Source of the DNA: Mobula hypostoma
Taxonomy: Eukaryota
Length of the DNA stretch: 64,000 nucleotides
Assembly (NCBI RefSeq): GCF_963921235.1
Contig: NC_086097.1
Location: 30,630,001 to 30,694,000, forward strand
Reading direction: 5' to 3'
Below the pieces are notes generated by a model, which worked only from the letters and a program-made list of their open reading frames with translations, searched no databases and was not told the DNA's origin. This document shows, piece after piece, positions 26,623 to 38,050 of this stretch. The position numbers were made by a program, and so were the translations under genes. The first letter of the stretch is position 1. Every line of letters starts with the position of its first letter.

Positions 26623-28747
26623 TAGACAATAGGTGCAGGAGTAGGCCATTCGGCCCTTCGAGCCAGCACCGCCATTCACTGTGATCATGGCTGATCATCC
26701 ACAATCAGTATCCAGATCCTGCCTTATCCCCATAACCTTTGATTCCACTATCTTTAAGAGCTCTATCCATCTCTTTCTTGAAAGCATCTAGAGACTTGGC
26801 CTCCACTGCCTTCTGGGGCACAGCATTCCATATATCCACATATCCACCACTCTCTGGGTGAAAAAATTTTTCCTCAACTCCATTCTAAATGGCCTACCCC
26901 TTATTCCTAAACTGTGGCCTCTGGTTCTGGACTCACCCATCAGCGGGAACATGCTTCCTGCCTCCAGCATGTCCAATCCCTTAATAATCTTATACGTTTC
27001 AATAAGATCCCCTCTCAGCCTTCTAAATTCCAGAGTATACAAGCCCAGTCGCTCCAACCTTTCGACATACGACAGTCCCGCCATCCCGGGAATTAACCTT
27101 GTGAACCTACGCTGCACTCCCTCAATAGCAAGAATGTCCTTCCTCAAATTTGGAGACCAAAACTGCACACAGTACTCCAGGTGTGGTCCCACCAGGGCCC
27201 TGTACAGCTGCAGAAGGACCTCTTTGCTCTTATACTCAATTCCCCTTATTATGAAGGCCAGCATGCCATTAGCTTTCTTCACTGCCTGCTGTACTTGCAT
27301 GTTTGCTTTCAGTGACTGATGGACAAGAACACCTAGATCTCGTTGTACTTCCCCTTTTCCTAACTTGACTCCACTTAGATAATAATCTGCCTGCCTGTTC
27401 TTACCAAAGTGGATAACCTCACATTTATCCACATTAAACTGCATCTGCCCACTCACCCAGCCTGTCCAAGTCACCCTGCATTCTCATAACATCCTCCTCA
27501 CATTTCACACTGCCACCCAGCTTTGTGTCATCGGCAAATTTGCTAATGTTACTTTTAATTCCCTCATCTAAATCATTAATATATATTGTAAACAGCTGTG
27601 GTCCCAGCACCGAACCCTGCGGTACCCCACTGGTCACCGCCTGCCATTCCGAAAGGGACCCGTTAATCGCTACTCTTTGTTTTCTGTCAGCCAGCCAATT
27701 TTCAATCCATGTCAGTACTCTGCCCCCAATACCATGTGCCTGAATTTTGCCCACTAATCTCCTTTGTGGGACTTTATCAAAGGTTTTCTGAAAGTCCAGG
27801 TACACTACATCCACTGGCTTTCCCTTGTCCATTTTCATAGTTACATCCTCAAAAAATTCCAGAAGATTAGTCAAGAACGATTTCCCCTTCGTAAATCCAT
27901 GCTGACTCGGACCGATCCTGTTACTGCTATCCAGATGTGTCCTAATTTCATCTTTTATAATTGACTCCAGCATCTTTCCCACCACCGACGTCAGGCTAAC
28001 CGGTCTATAATTCCCTGTTTTCTCTCTTCCTCCCTTCTTGAAGACAGGGACAACATTAGCCACCCTCCAATCCACAGGAACTGATCCTGAATCTATAGAA
28101 CATTGCAAAATGATTACCAATGCATCCATGATTTCTAAAGCCACCTCCTTAAGTACCCTGGGATGCAGATCATCAGGTCCTGGGGACTTATCAGCCTTCA
28201 GACCCAACAGCCTATCCAACACCATTTCCTGCCTAATATAAATTTCCTTCAGTTCATCCATTATCTTAGGTCCTTTGGCCACTATTATATCTGGGAGATT
28301 GCTTGTGTCTTCCCTAGTGAAGACAGATCCAAAGTACCTGTCCAACTCGTCTGCCATTTCCTTGTTCCCCATAATAAATTCACCCGCTTCTGTCTTCAAG
28401 GGCCCAATTTTGGTCTTAACTATTTTTTTTCCTTTTCGCATACCTAAAGAAGCTTTTACTATCCTCCTTTATATTCTTGGCTAGTTTACCTTTGTACCTC
28501 ATCTTTTCTCCACGTATTGCCTTTTTAGTTACCTTCTGTTGCTCTTTAAAAGTTTCTTAATCCTCCGGCTTCCCACTCGTCTTTGCTATGTTATACTTCT
28601 TCTCCTTTATTTTTATACTGTCCATTACTTCCCTTGTCAACCACGGCCTCCCCTTACTATCTTCCTTCCTCTTTGGAACGAACTGATCCTGCACCTTCCA
28701 TTGCTGTTCCACTGTCATCCCTGCTAGGGTATTGTTCCATTGTTCCA
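26623..28747 (-). mobile_element. Young 5'-truncated CR1-clade LINE (HER1-like), RT domain and 3' end
   Basis: ORF 27434-28441 (KSPGPD, NYRPVSLTSV, LDFQKTFDKV, GVPQGSVLGP, KFADD) continues after a frameshift in ORF 26788-27474 (LEYCVQFWSP, RGDLIETYKI). 7-bp duplication ATACTTA at 26616-26622 and 28748-28754. Confidence 0.93.
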
Positions 28748-29035
28748 ATACTTACACTCAACCCCACCATCACATCCAAACTCCTAACAACGAGGGGCTG
28801 GGTGGAGCCAAGCAGAGCTGGGAGCACTGAGACTCACTCCGAGTGAGTGAAGCAGCCGCTCTTCCCACACCTGTTCACGTTCCTGTCAACACTGTTTCTA
28901 GGATTCTCTCCCACAGATCATTCATTCATTTCTGACTTATGAGTAGCTTGGGTCACAGTTTACAGGAATGGAAACCTGTCATAATCTGCTTTCACACTGT
29001 AGTACTAAGTTAATCATAAACTGGCCAAAACACCA

Positions 29036-30885
29036 GCAACACTCACAACAAGCTGGAGGAACTCAGCAGGTCGGGCAGCATCCGTGGAAACGATCAGTCA
29101 ATGTTTCAGGCCCGAACCCTTCGTCAGGACTGTAGAGGGAAGGGGCAATAAAGAAGGTGGGGGGAGGGTGGGAAGGAGAAGGCTGGTAGGTGCCAGGCGA
29201 AAAACCAGTGAGGGGAAAGATCAAGGGGTGGGGGAGGGGATAGACAGGAAAGGTGAAGAAGGAATAGGGGAAAGCATAATGAGTAGTAGAAGGAGGCGGA
29301 ACCATGAGGGAGGTGATAGGCAGCTGGGGGAGGGCAGAGTGAAACTGGGATGGGGAAGAGAGGGGGAGTGGATTACCAGAAGTTGGAGAATTCGATGTTC
29401 ATACCAAGGGACTGGAGACATCCCAGACGGTATATGAGGTGTTGCTCCTCCAACTTGAGTTTAGCCTCATCATGGCAGTAGAGGAGGCCATATACGGACA
29501 TATCCAAATGGGAATGTGAAGCAGAGTTGAAGTGGGTGACAACCAGGAGATCCTGTCTGTTGCAGCAGACGAAGCAGAGGTGCTCGACGAAGCAGTCCCC
29601 CAATCTGCGTCGGTTTTCACCGATGTACAGGAGGCTGCACCGGGAGAACCAGATACAATAGAAGACCCCCAACAGACTCACAAGTGAAGTGTTGCCTCAC
29701 CCGGAAGGACTGTTTGGGGCCCTGAATGGTGGCAAGAGAGGAGGTGTAGGGACAGGTGTAGCACTTACGCTTACAGGGATAAGTGTCGGGTGGGAGATCC
29801 GTGAGGAGGGATGTGTGGACCAGAGAGTCACGAAGGGAACGATCCCTGCTGAAAGCGGAGAGGGGTGGAGAGGGAAAGATGTGCTTAGTGGCGGGGTCCT
29901 GTTGAAGGTGGCAGAAGTTGTGGAGGATAATGTGCTGGATCTGGAGGCTGGTGGGGTGGTAGGTGAGGACAAGGGGAACTCTGTTCCTGTTGTGGTGACG
30001 GGAGGATGGGGTGAGGGCCGAAGTGTAGGAAATGAAGGAGATGCAGGTGAGGGCATCATTGACGATAGCAGAAGGGAAACCACGATCCTTAAAGAAAGAG
30101 GACATTTGATATGTCCTGAAACGGAAAGCCTCATCCTCGGAGCAGATGCAACAAAGACAGAGGAACTGGGAGTAAGGAATGGCATTTTTGCATGTGGCGG
30201 GGTGGGAAGAGGTATAGTCGAGGTAGTTATGAGAGTCAGTGGGCTTATAGAAGATGTCAGTAGACAGTCTGTCTCCAGAGATGGAGACTGAGAGATCGAG
30301 AAAGGGGAGAGAAGTGTCTAAGATGGACCAAGTGAATTTGAGGGCTGAGTGGAAGTTTGAAGTAAAGTCGATGAAATTGACGAGCTCAGCATGGGTGCAG
30401 GAAGCAGCACCAATGTAGTCGTCAATGTAGCGAAGGAAAAGTTGGGGAGCAGTACCAGTATAGGTTTGGAGCACAGACTTCCACATAACTAACGAAGAGG
30501 CAGGCACAGCTGGGGCCCACGCGAGTGCCCATAGCTACACCCTTGGTCTGAAGAAAGTGGGAAGAACCAAAAGAGAAGTTGTTAAGTGTGAGTACCAGTT
30601 CCACCAACCAGAGGAGGGTAGTGGTGGTGAGGAACTGGTGAGGTCTATTGTCCAGAAAGTAGTGGAGGGCTTTGAGGACTTCTTGATGGGGAATGGAAGT
30701 GTACAAGGATTGGACATCCATAGTGAAAATGAAGCGGTTGGGACTGGGAAACCGGAAGTTATTGAAGAGGTGGAGGGCATGGGATGTATCCCAGATGCAG
30801 GTGGGGAGGGACTGAACTATGGGTGACAAAATGCAGTCCAAGTAGGCAGATACAAGTTTGATGGGGCAGGAGCAGGCAGAAACCA
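29036..30885 (-). mobile_element. Older 5'-truncated Penelope-like element (RT C-half, GIY-YIG, 3' UTR with hammerhead motif at 29095-29132)
   Basis: Frameshifted ORFs 30422-30919, 29617-30507 (FLRYIDD) and 29373-29681 (LLYIGE..RLGD.F.EH) are colinear with the 38-40 kb element. Confidence 0.9.
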
Positions 30886-30939
30886 GCAACTTGTGCAGGT
30901 AAAAGAGATCAAGTGTCAACAGCTTAATTACTTTGGTAC

Positions 30940-31400
30940 AACATGGTGTTCAGTTCTGGTCACCTTATTATAGGAAGGATGTGGAGGCTTTTGGGAGGGT
31001 ACAGAGGATGCTGCCTAGATTAGAGAGCACGCTTTATGAGGGCAAGTTGAGTGAGCTAGAGCTTTTCTTTGGAGTGAATGACACTAAGAGGTGACTTGAT
31101 ACAGGTACAAGATGTTAAGAGACTGGACAGCCAGAGACTTTTTCCCCAGGATGGAAATAGCTAAAGCAAAAGAGCATAATTTTAAGATGGTTGGAGCCAA
31201 GTATAAACACAATAACAGGTGCATGGAATATCCTACCAGGGGTGGTGGGAGAGGCAAATACATTAGGGACACATAAACTCTTAGATAGGCACATGGATAA
31301 CAGAAAAACGAAGGACAAGGTAGGAGGGAAGGGTTAGATTGATCTTAGATAGCTTTAAAAAGTCGGCACATCATGGTCTGAAGGGTCTGCATGCCCTATG
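30940..31400 (+). mobile_element. CR1 3' fragment
   Basis: GTGTTCAGTTCTGGTCACC..AGGAAGGATGTGGAGGC, as in the other CR1 copies. Confidence 0.75.
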
Positions 31401-31649
31401 TCCCAACCAGCTTAATCTTGTAAATCCAAAAAGTGTTCACTCCAGACAGTCCAATTCATGAATAATTAATTTTACACAACTTCCCCCCCCACTCATCTAA
31501 TGGATACAATGATGAAATTAAAAGAAAAATCTTAAAAGCTCCAAAATTTCAAGTGATACTTAACAATTAAAGTATATCAAATTTAATCATCTTGAAATCA
31601 GCCAGTCAAACCAAGCTCACTTAAGCTGTGGGATATATACCCATGCAAA

Positions 31650-32035
31650 GTTAGTGAGTAGTAATTCTCATGAGTCAGAAGGTTATGGGCTCTCAAGAGA
31701 CTCAAACACATTATACTGTACGTCACTCAAGGACAGTCTTGAGGAAGTGCTGCACTGTCAGAGATGCCAAGCTTTGGGTAAGGCATTAATCACACTGCGT
31801 CTCATTTCCTAGGGTGTGAGCAAAATATTTTATAGCCCTATATTAAAGGGGAGCCCATTCTCCAGTGGCTTTGCCGATACATCCTCCTCAACATCACAAA
31901 CAGTTGATTGTGGAAGTTTGCCATTTCAAAATCCTCTGCCACATTTCCGAAAACACTTTAAAAACATTTTAGAGACTGCAGAATTTTGCTGAGATTTCCT
32001 AAGGTTACAAAAGGCACACTGCAAATGCAAATATG
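31650..32035 (+). mobile_element. Ancient Deu-domain SINE relic (SacSINE1-like); other relics ~5070-5405+, 36680-36920+, 37240-37330-/37790-37870-
   Basis: TGAGTCAGAAGGTTATGGG..GAGGAAGTGCTGCACTGTCAGAGATGCC..AAAGGCAC..AAATGCAA matches my recollection of shark DeuSINE consensus; relics share GCCA..ATATTTATCCC. Not confirmed by a search. Confidence 0.55.
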
Positions 32036-33064
32036 TTCCTCCCTTTTTGCCACAGACTATTTCCTGACAAAAGGATCATTTCCTCTAACCTCAAATCCGT
32101 CCCTGTTCATCATTTTATCCTTGCTGATACCATGATCTTCTCCTCCTCCCCGCCATACAATCCTCAGACAGCTGACAGGGTAACAAACTACAATAGATCC
32201 AAGGAGGCAAGGGAGTGTGGTCCCTATCTCCTCTTGGTCAGCTTCTGTCTCTCTCGTCATATTAATAAGGTTGAGTCTGCCATCTGTGTAGCTCAAGCAT
32301 TCACCAGTTTTAAAAACAAAATAATGTGCTTATTCAAATTGAATTGACTTTTAGAAAATGAATCTCAAAGTAGCACATGATATACATACTTTGATAATAA
32401 ATTTGACTTTGAATTGGTTTCATATTCACAGCTATTTTCAAGAGTAAAAGATTCAAACTGTACAAGACAAGGCAAGGTAGGGTGAAATACAAAGTGAAAT
32501 GATACTGGAGACGCAGTGTTTTACTTTAAAAAACAACTGCTAAAGTTTATTTTGTGCCAGAATGGAATTTTTTTTTGAAAGAACACGCAACAACAGCTGT
32601 CACCTCCACACCTAATACAAGCACTACACTTCACTTCTGTTTAAGACAGTAAGTTCATTCAACCATAATCGGGGGGGGGGGGAGGAAAATTTCCAGAGTC
32701 CAAAGTTAAGAGAAACGCATATTAAAGTTTCAAATAACAAACCTAATTCTTTGAAGCAAGCAATGGAAGCAGTTCTGGGGGCAGCAGTAGATAGAAAGGT
32801 TAAGAAAATGTTGAAAAGACAACAGGTGGCAGGCCCCTAATCTCTCTGCATGTAAGGGATCCTTTTACAATAAACTCCAGAGTCAATTACAGTCCACACG
32901 CTTCACAAGTTTATTGTCCTGACTAGCTACATTCAAGTATGATATCAAAGACAAGACTATTCGATTACCTTTGACACAATTAGGCTGGTCGCAGATTCAC
33001 CAATTTATAAAAAATACATACCGTTATTTTAAAATTAAACACAATATTTTGTAGAATCACAGTT

Positions 33065-33935
33065 GTACAGCAAACAGGCCATTCAACCCAAATAGTCCAT
33101 GCCAACCAAGATGCCCATCCAAGTTAGCCTCATTTGCCAGCACTTGATTCTATCCCTCGAAACCTTGCTTATCCTTGTACGTTTTATTGAAGCTGCCTTG
33201 ACCACTTCCTCTGGCAGCACCCCCTGTGAAAAATCCTCTCGCCCTAAACCCATGTCCCCTAGTTTTAGTCTCCCCACCCTGGGGGAAAAAACTTATCATC
33301 CACCTTATCTATGCCTCATAATTTAAAGCACCCAAAAATTCTTTGGTTATTTCAACCAATCTTCAAATGAATTAGCCACACAGACTGTATGGCTAAGGTA
33401 CTCACTGGATAGTAGCCGTCCTGAAATCCAGGAATCAAAATATCTTGTTGTCACAAACAAGTCCACAATGGATTTCAGGGTCACTTTCACTTTTTCATAG
33501 ACAGAACAGTACAGGCTCTTTAGCCCACAATGTGCCTACTTTTTAACCTATTCAAAGATTAATCCAACCTTTCGCTCCTACATAGCCTTCCACTTTTCTA
33601 TTATCCATGTGTCCATCTAAGAGTTTCGGAATGTCCCTACCACTACCCCTGGCAGTGCATTCCATGCACCCACCTTTGTGAAAAAAAAACTTTCCTCTTC
33701 CATCCCCCTATACTTTCCTCCAATCACCATAAAATTAATGCCTCTTCATATTAGCTATTTCTGCCGTTGGAAAAAAGACTCTGGCCGTCCACTCTATCTG
33801 TGCCTCTTATCATCTTGTACACCTCTATCAAGTCACCTCTCAGCCTCCTTCACTCCAAAGAGAAAAGCCCTAGCTCACTCAACTAATCCTCAAGACATGC
33901 TCTCTAACCCAGGCAGAATCCTAGTAAATCTCTGC
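33065..33935 (-). mobile_element. Two CR1 3'-end fragments (~33065-33325, ~33495-33935)
   Basis: ACAGGCC..CCCA 3' ends and CTTGTACACCTCTATCAAGTCACCTC motif. Confidence 0.7.
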
Positions 33936-34621
33936 ACCAGTTCTCTTCCTCAATGTAAAAAGTACCAAGATGCAAAGTGTAAACAGAATGACAAGCAGAA
34001 CAGTCAGGAATTTCTAAAGACATTAAAATAAAGAAGAGTCCCAAGGATATCTGTCAATACCCCAGCAGCTGTCCTTACATGAATAGTGTTTTATATGGAA
34101 ATACAAGAGGATACAACAAGGTGGCATAGTGCGTTCACTGCACACACTGAAGCTATGTTGGGCTGTATATACAATAAGTATAGGATAACAAGCACCCTGA
34201 ACTTTTAGATAAAGTACCCGTAGCGTACAACCAGTCAGGTTTAAGTAATGCAAGGTTGTAATGTTAAATTGATATCCTGAAGTTTCACTAAATTACTTCA
34301 GGTGGTCAAAGAGAAATGTGACAGGAGGAACATGTCTAATAAGCCAAACTTCCACTTTCAAACCACCTCCACACCGAGTTCTCTCATGTTCTCACCATGC
34401 AGGTTGAAGCATGTCACAAAGCAGCTAACATCTCAAAATTACATCTTGTCCAATTTTTTCCCCCCCCCCAATGTTTATGCTGTGGCCACACGTCAATCTC
34501 AATGCAATCTGCAGCAGTTGCAAAAGACAAGTGAACCAAGACTCGTCTCTGTACAAGCCAACACACACACACACACACTGCGCATAATGTACTTTTTTCC
34601 CCCCCTTTTTTCTGAAGTATA

Positions 34622-34753
34622 AGCACAAGAGATTCCTCAGATGCTGGAAATCTCAAGTAGCACACAAAACGTTAATGGAACTCAGTGGGTCAGGCAGCAT
34701 CCATGGAAAGGAATAAACAGTTAGCGTTTCAAGCTGAGACCCTTCATCAGGAC
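34622..34753 (-). mobile_element. Short Penelope 3'-end fragment with decayed hammerhead (34718-34753)
   Basis: CAGATGCTGGAAATC...GGCAGCATCCATGG...GTTTCAAGCTGAGACCCTTCATCAGGAC. Confidence 0.75.
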
Positions 34754-35771
34754 ACCATCTTTCTTCTAAAGTACCTTTGGCAACCAATCAAGCAAGCTCA
34801 ATGTATGTTCAACTAATCATACAAGTCAAGTATTAACATGCACTGAATACATCAACCTCCAACTAATTTGATTTTTGTACTGTCAATGTTCTTGCAGAGA
34901 AGGATAGCCAGGGCTCCTTCACCAACACATCATGATCAATGAAGGCAGAAAATTCACAATTCAAACTAGCAGTGTAGAAGGCAGCCATTTGGGCACAGTA
35001 GCTGTGCTAGCTCTTTTGAAGAGTTATCTACTAGCCCCACTCTGCTACTCTCCTTCAAATAATTTACTTTCCAAAATTTGTACCCAAATCATTCTTTAAA
35101 GTTAGTTTTGAAATAGATTGCACTAACTTTTTGTGCAGTGCATTCCAAGTGATTACACGCAACAACAGGTCTTTGCTTTTCCTTTCTAGGTCCATGGCAG
35201 GGAATTTCCATGGCATTGTTTTCTGTTGGGACACAGATCTTCCTCATGCACCACATAACCATTACAGCACGGAAACAGGCCATCTCAGCCCTTCTAGTCC
35301 GTGCCGAACTCTTACTCTCACCTAGTTCCACCGACCTGCACTCAGCCCATAACCTTCCATTCCTTTCCTGTCCACATAGCTATCCAATTTTACTTTAAAT
35401 GACAACATCGAACCTGCCTCAACCACTTCTGCTGAAAGCTCGTTCCACACAGCCACCCCTCTGAGTAAAGAAGTTCCTCCTCATGTTACCCCTAAACTTT
35501 TGCCCTTTAACTCTCAACTCATGTCCTCTTGTTTGAATCTCCTCCACTCTCAATGGAAAAAGCCTATCCATGTCAACACTATCTATCCCTCACAATCTTA
35601 AATACCTCTATCAAGTCCCCCCTCAACCTTCTACACTCCAAAGAATAAAGACCCAACTTGTTCAACCTTTCTCTGTAACTTAGGTGATGAAACCTATGTA
35701 ACATTCTAGTAACACACATCAAAGTTGCTGGTGAACGCAGCAGGCCAGGCAGCATCTATAGGAAGAGGCGC

Positions 35772-35807
35772 AGTCGACGTTTCAGGCCGAGACCCTTCGT
35801 CAGGACT
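35772..35807 (-). ncRNA. Minimal hammerhead ribozyme motif, sense to the Jagged pre-mRNA
   Basis: Reverse complement is identical to the 36-nt motif at 40584-40619. Confidence 0.78.
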
Positions 35808-35853
35808 AACTGAAGGAAGAGTGAGTATGCCCTTACTCACTCTTCCTTCAGTT

Positions 35854-35889
35854 AGTCCTGACGAAGGGTCTCGGCCTGAAACGTCGACT
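35854..35889 (+). ncRNA. Minimal hammerhead ribozyme motif
   Basis: AGTCCTGACGAAGGGTCTCGGCCTGAAACGTCGACT, identical to 40584-40619. Confidence 0.78.
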
Positions 35890-37324
35890 GTGCCTCTTCC
35901 TATAGATGCTGCCTGGCCTGCTGCGTTCACCAGCAACTTTGATGTGTGTTGCTTGAATTTCCAGCATCTGCAGAATTCCTGTTGTTAACATTCTAGTAAA
36001 CCTTCTCTGTACTCTCTCTATTTTGTTGACATCTTTCCTATAATTTGGTGACCAAAACTGTACACAATACTCCAAATTTGGCCTTACCAATGCCTTGTAC
36101 AATTTCAACATTACATCCCGACTCCTATACTCAATGCTCTGATTTATGAAGGCCAGCATACCAAAAGCTTTCTTCACCACCCTATCCACATGAGATCCCA
36201 CCTTCAGGGAACTATGCATCATTATTCCTAGATCCCTCTGTTCTACTGCATTCTTCATTGCCCTACCATTTACCATGTATGTCCTATTTTGATCTACCCA
36301 CCACACCACCTACTGCATCTCCAAGAAGTGGGACTGAGAGCAGAAGTCTCCACTAGCGTGAGAGTCTAGGACCAGAGGACACCGCCTCAGAATAGAGGAA
36401 CTTTAGAACAGAGAAGAGGAAGAATTTCTTTAGCCAGAGGGTGGTGAATCTGCAGAATTCATTACCACAGATGTCTGTGGATGCCAAATCATTGGGTGTC
36501 AAAGATTACTGGGAGAAGGCAGGAGATGGGATTGAGAGATATAATAAAATCAGCTATGATGGAATGGTGGAGCAGACTCTGCTCCTTTGTCTTGCGGTCT
36601 TATCAGCCCAAAACAGACCATCTCAAGCTAACACAAAGTTTTACTGTCTTACTTTTGAAACTTTAGACCAAGGTTCTGAATCGCCTTTCAGGTATGTGGA
36701 AAACATGCCATGACAATATGAAAGAAAATAGATTTCTTCTTGGTAACCAGCCAATATGTAATCCTCAGCCAACATCACTCCAATAAATGATTAGATCATT
36801 GGTTTCTATAAATTACCTGTATCTTCTATTTTACCCTCCACAACACCTCAAAACACATCCACAATTGGTTGTAAACTATACTCAATATAGTGGCTGAAAT
36901 ATGGCCTATGTAAACATGTGAATGTGTTCCACACCTTTAAAAACAAGCTCACATCCCTGAAAACAAAATGACCCTGACCAGCAACAACCAAGGAAACGTT
37001 ACCAGCAAAACTAATTCAAAAATCACAATTTTAACATTGAGGCCATTTCAAAATGGACCAGAAAAAGTTAACAAAATAAATCGCTGGTTTGGTTACAGGA
37101 TTACACAGCACTAAGGTGAAAGAAACATTGGCAGAGATGCAGTCATAAATCAATGGATGATTCAGCATAAATTGGCATGTTGGCTCAGCCTCATTTTTGG
37201 GGGGCTAAGTAATTCAAACAAATATCACGTTAATGTAAAATAAAGACATGCATTTCTCGATGACTTCAGGATGCTCCATAGTTTACTACAGACAACGAAG
37301 TGCTTCAGAAAAGTAGCCACAATT

Positions 37325-37770
37325 ATAGAGTAATACAGCACTAAGCATAGAAACAGGTTCTTAGGCCCATCTACTCCATGCTGAACTGTTATTCAGTCTG
37401 GTCCCATCGACCTGCACCCGGACCACAGCCCTCCGTACCCCTCCCATCCATGTCCTTATCCAAACTTCTCTTCAATGTTGCACTCAAATGCACATCCAGT
37501 ACTTCCACTGACAGCTCATTCCACACTTGCACCACCCTCTGAGTGAAGTTCCCTCTCAAATATTTCACCTTTCCCCGCTAAAAACTACAACCTCTAATTC
37601 TAGTCTCACTCGACCTAAACAGAAAAGCCTACTTGCATATACCTCTATCTTTATTCCTCAATTTTGTACACCTCTATCAAATCTCTCATCATTCTCCTAA
37701 GATCCAGGGACAAAAAGTCCTAATCTATTCAACCTTTCCCTATAACTCAGGTCCACAATCCCAGCAACAT
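37325..37770 (-). mobile_element. CR1 3' fragment
   Basis: Homologous to 53710-54350 and 35255-35700. Confidence 0.75.
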
Positions 37771-38050
37771 CTTTTATTCCTTATTAAATGCTAATAGCTG
37801 AGAGATAAAAGCTGGCCAGGATATCATAGAGAATTTCCTTGATTTTTGAAAATGATAGTACTTTTTTAAAAAAAATAGATATTTCTAAAATGTTATAATT
37901 ATATCAATATCACAATAAAGGTTTTTAGTTTGTATTGGGAGTTGTAAATTTCCTCTCTATTCTATACTGTGTAGCCTCCCACTACAAATGACAATAGGTC
38001 AGGAGTCACATCACTGCCATTTAATCAAGCAGAGAAATAACTTACTGTTT

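Larger units (their letters stand above)
35713..35985. mobile_element. Penelope-derived fold-back mini-element (inverted 3' ends) with 14-bp flanking duplication
   Basis: Arms 35711-35827 and 35834-35950 (117 bp, one mismatch, 6-nt spacer). TAACATTCTAGTAA is repeated at 35699-35712 and 35986-35999. It interrupts a CR1 ORF2 fragment at the FTRML codons. Confidence 0.92.
35255..36290 (-). mobile_element. CR1 LINE 3' fragment (host of the fold-back insertion)
   Basis: ORF 35848-36309: EQRDLG..KKAFGMLAFI..LEYCVQFWSPNYRKD..RRFTRML. The sequence continues left of the insertion. Confidence 0.88.

Noticed and set aside
34328..34337. p53/p63 half-site GAACATGTCT
   Set aside because: A single RRRCWWGYYY half-site is expected many times by chance in 64 kb; no adjacent second half-site.
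35706..35988. Mirror-image ORFs MLVNAAGQAASIGRG on both strands (also 40286-40666)
   Set aside because: A consequence of the palindromic Penelope 3' UTR; no evidence of coding.
37988..38050. N-terminus MTIGQESHH.. of the 538-aa RT ORF
   Set aside because: Lies outside the TSD-defined element; a chance in-frame flank, not the real Penelope start.
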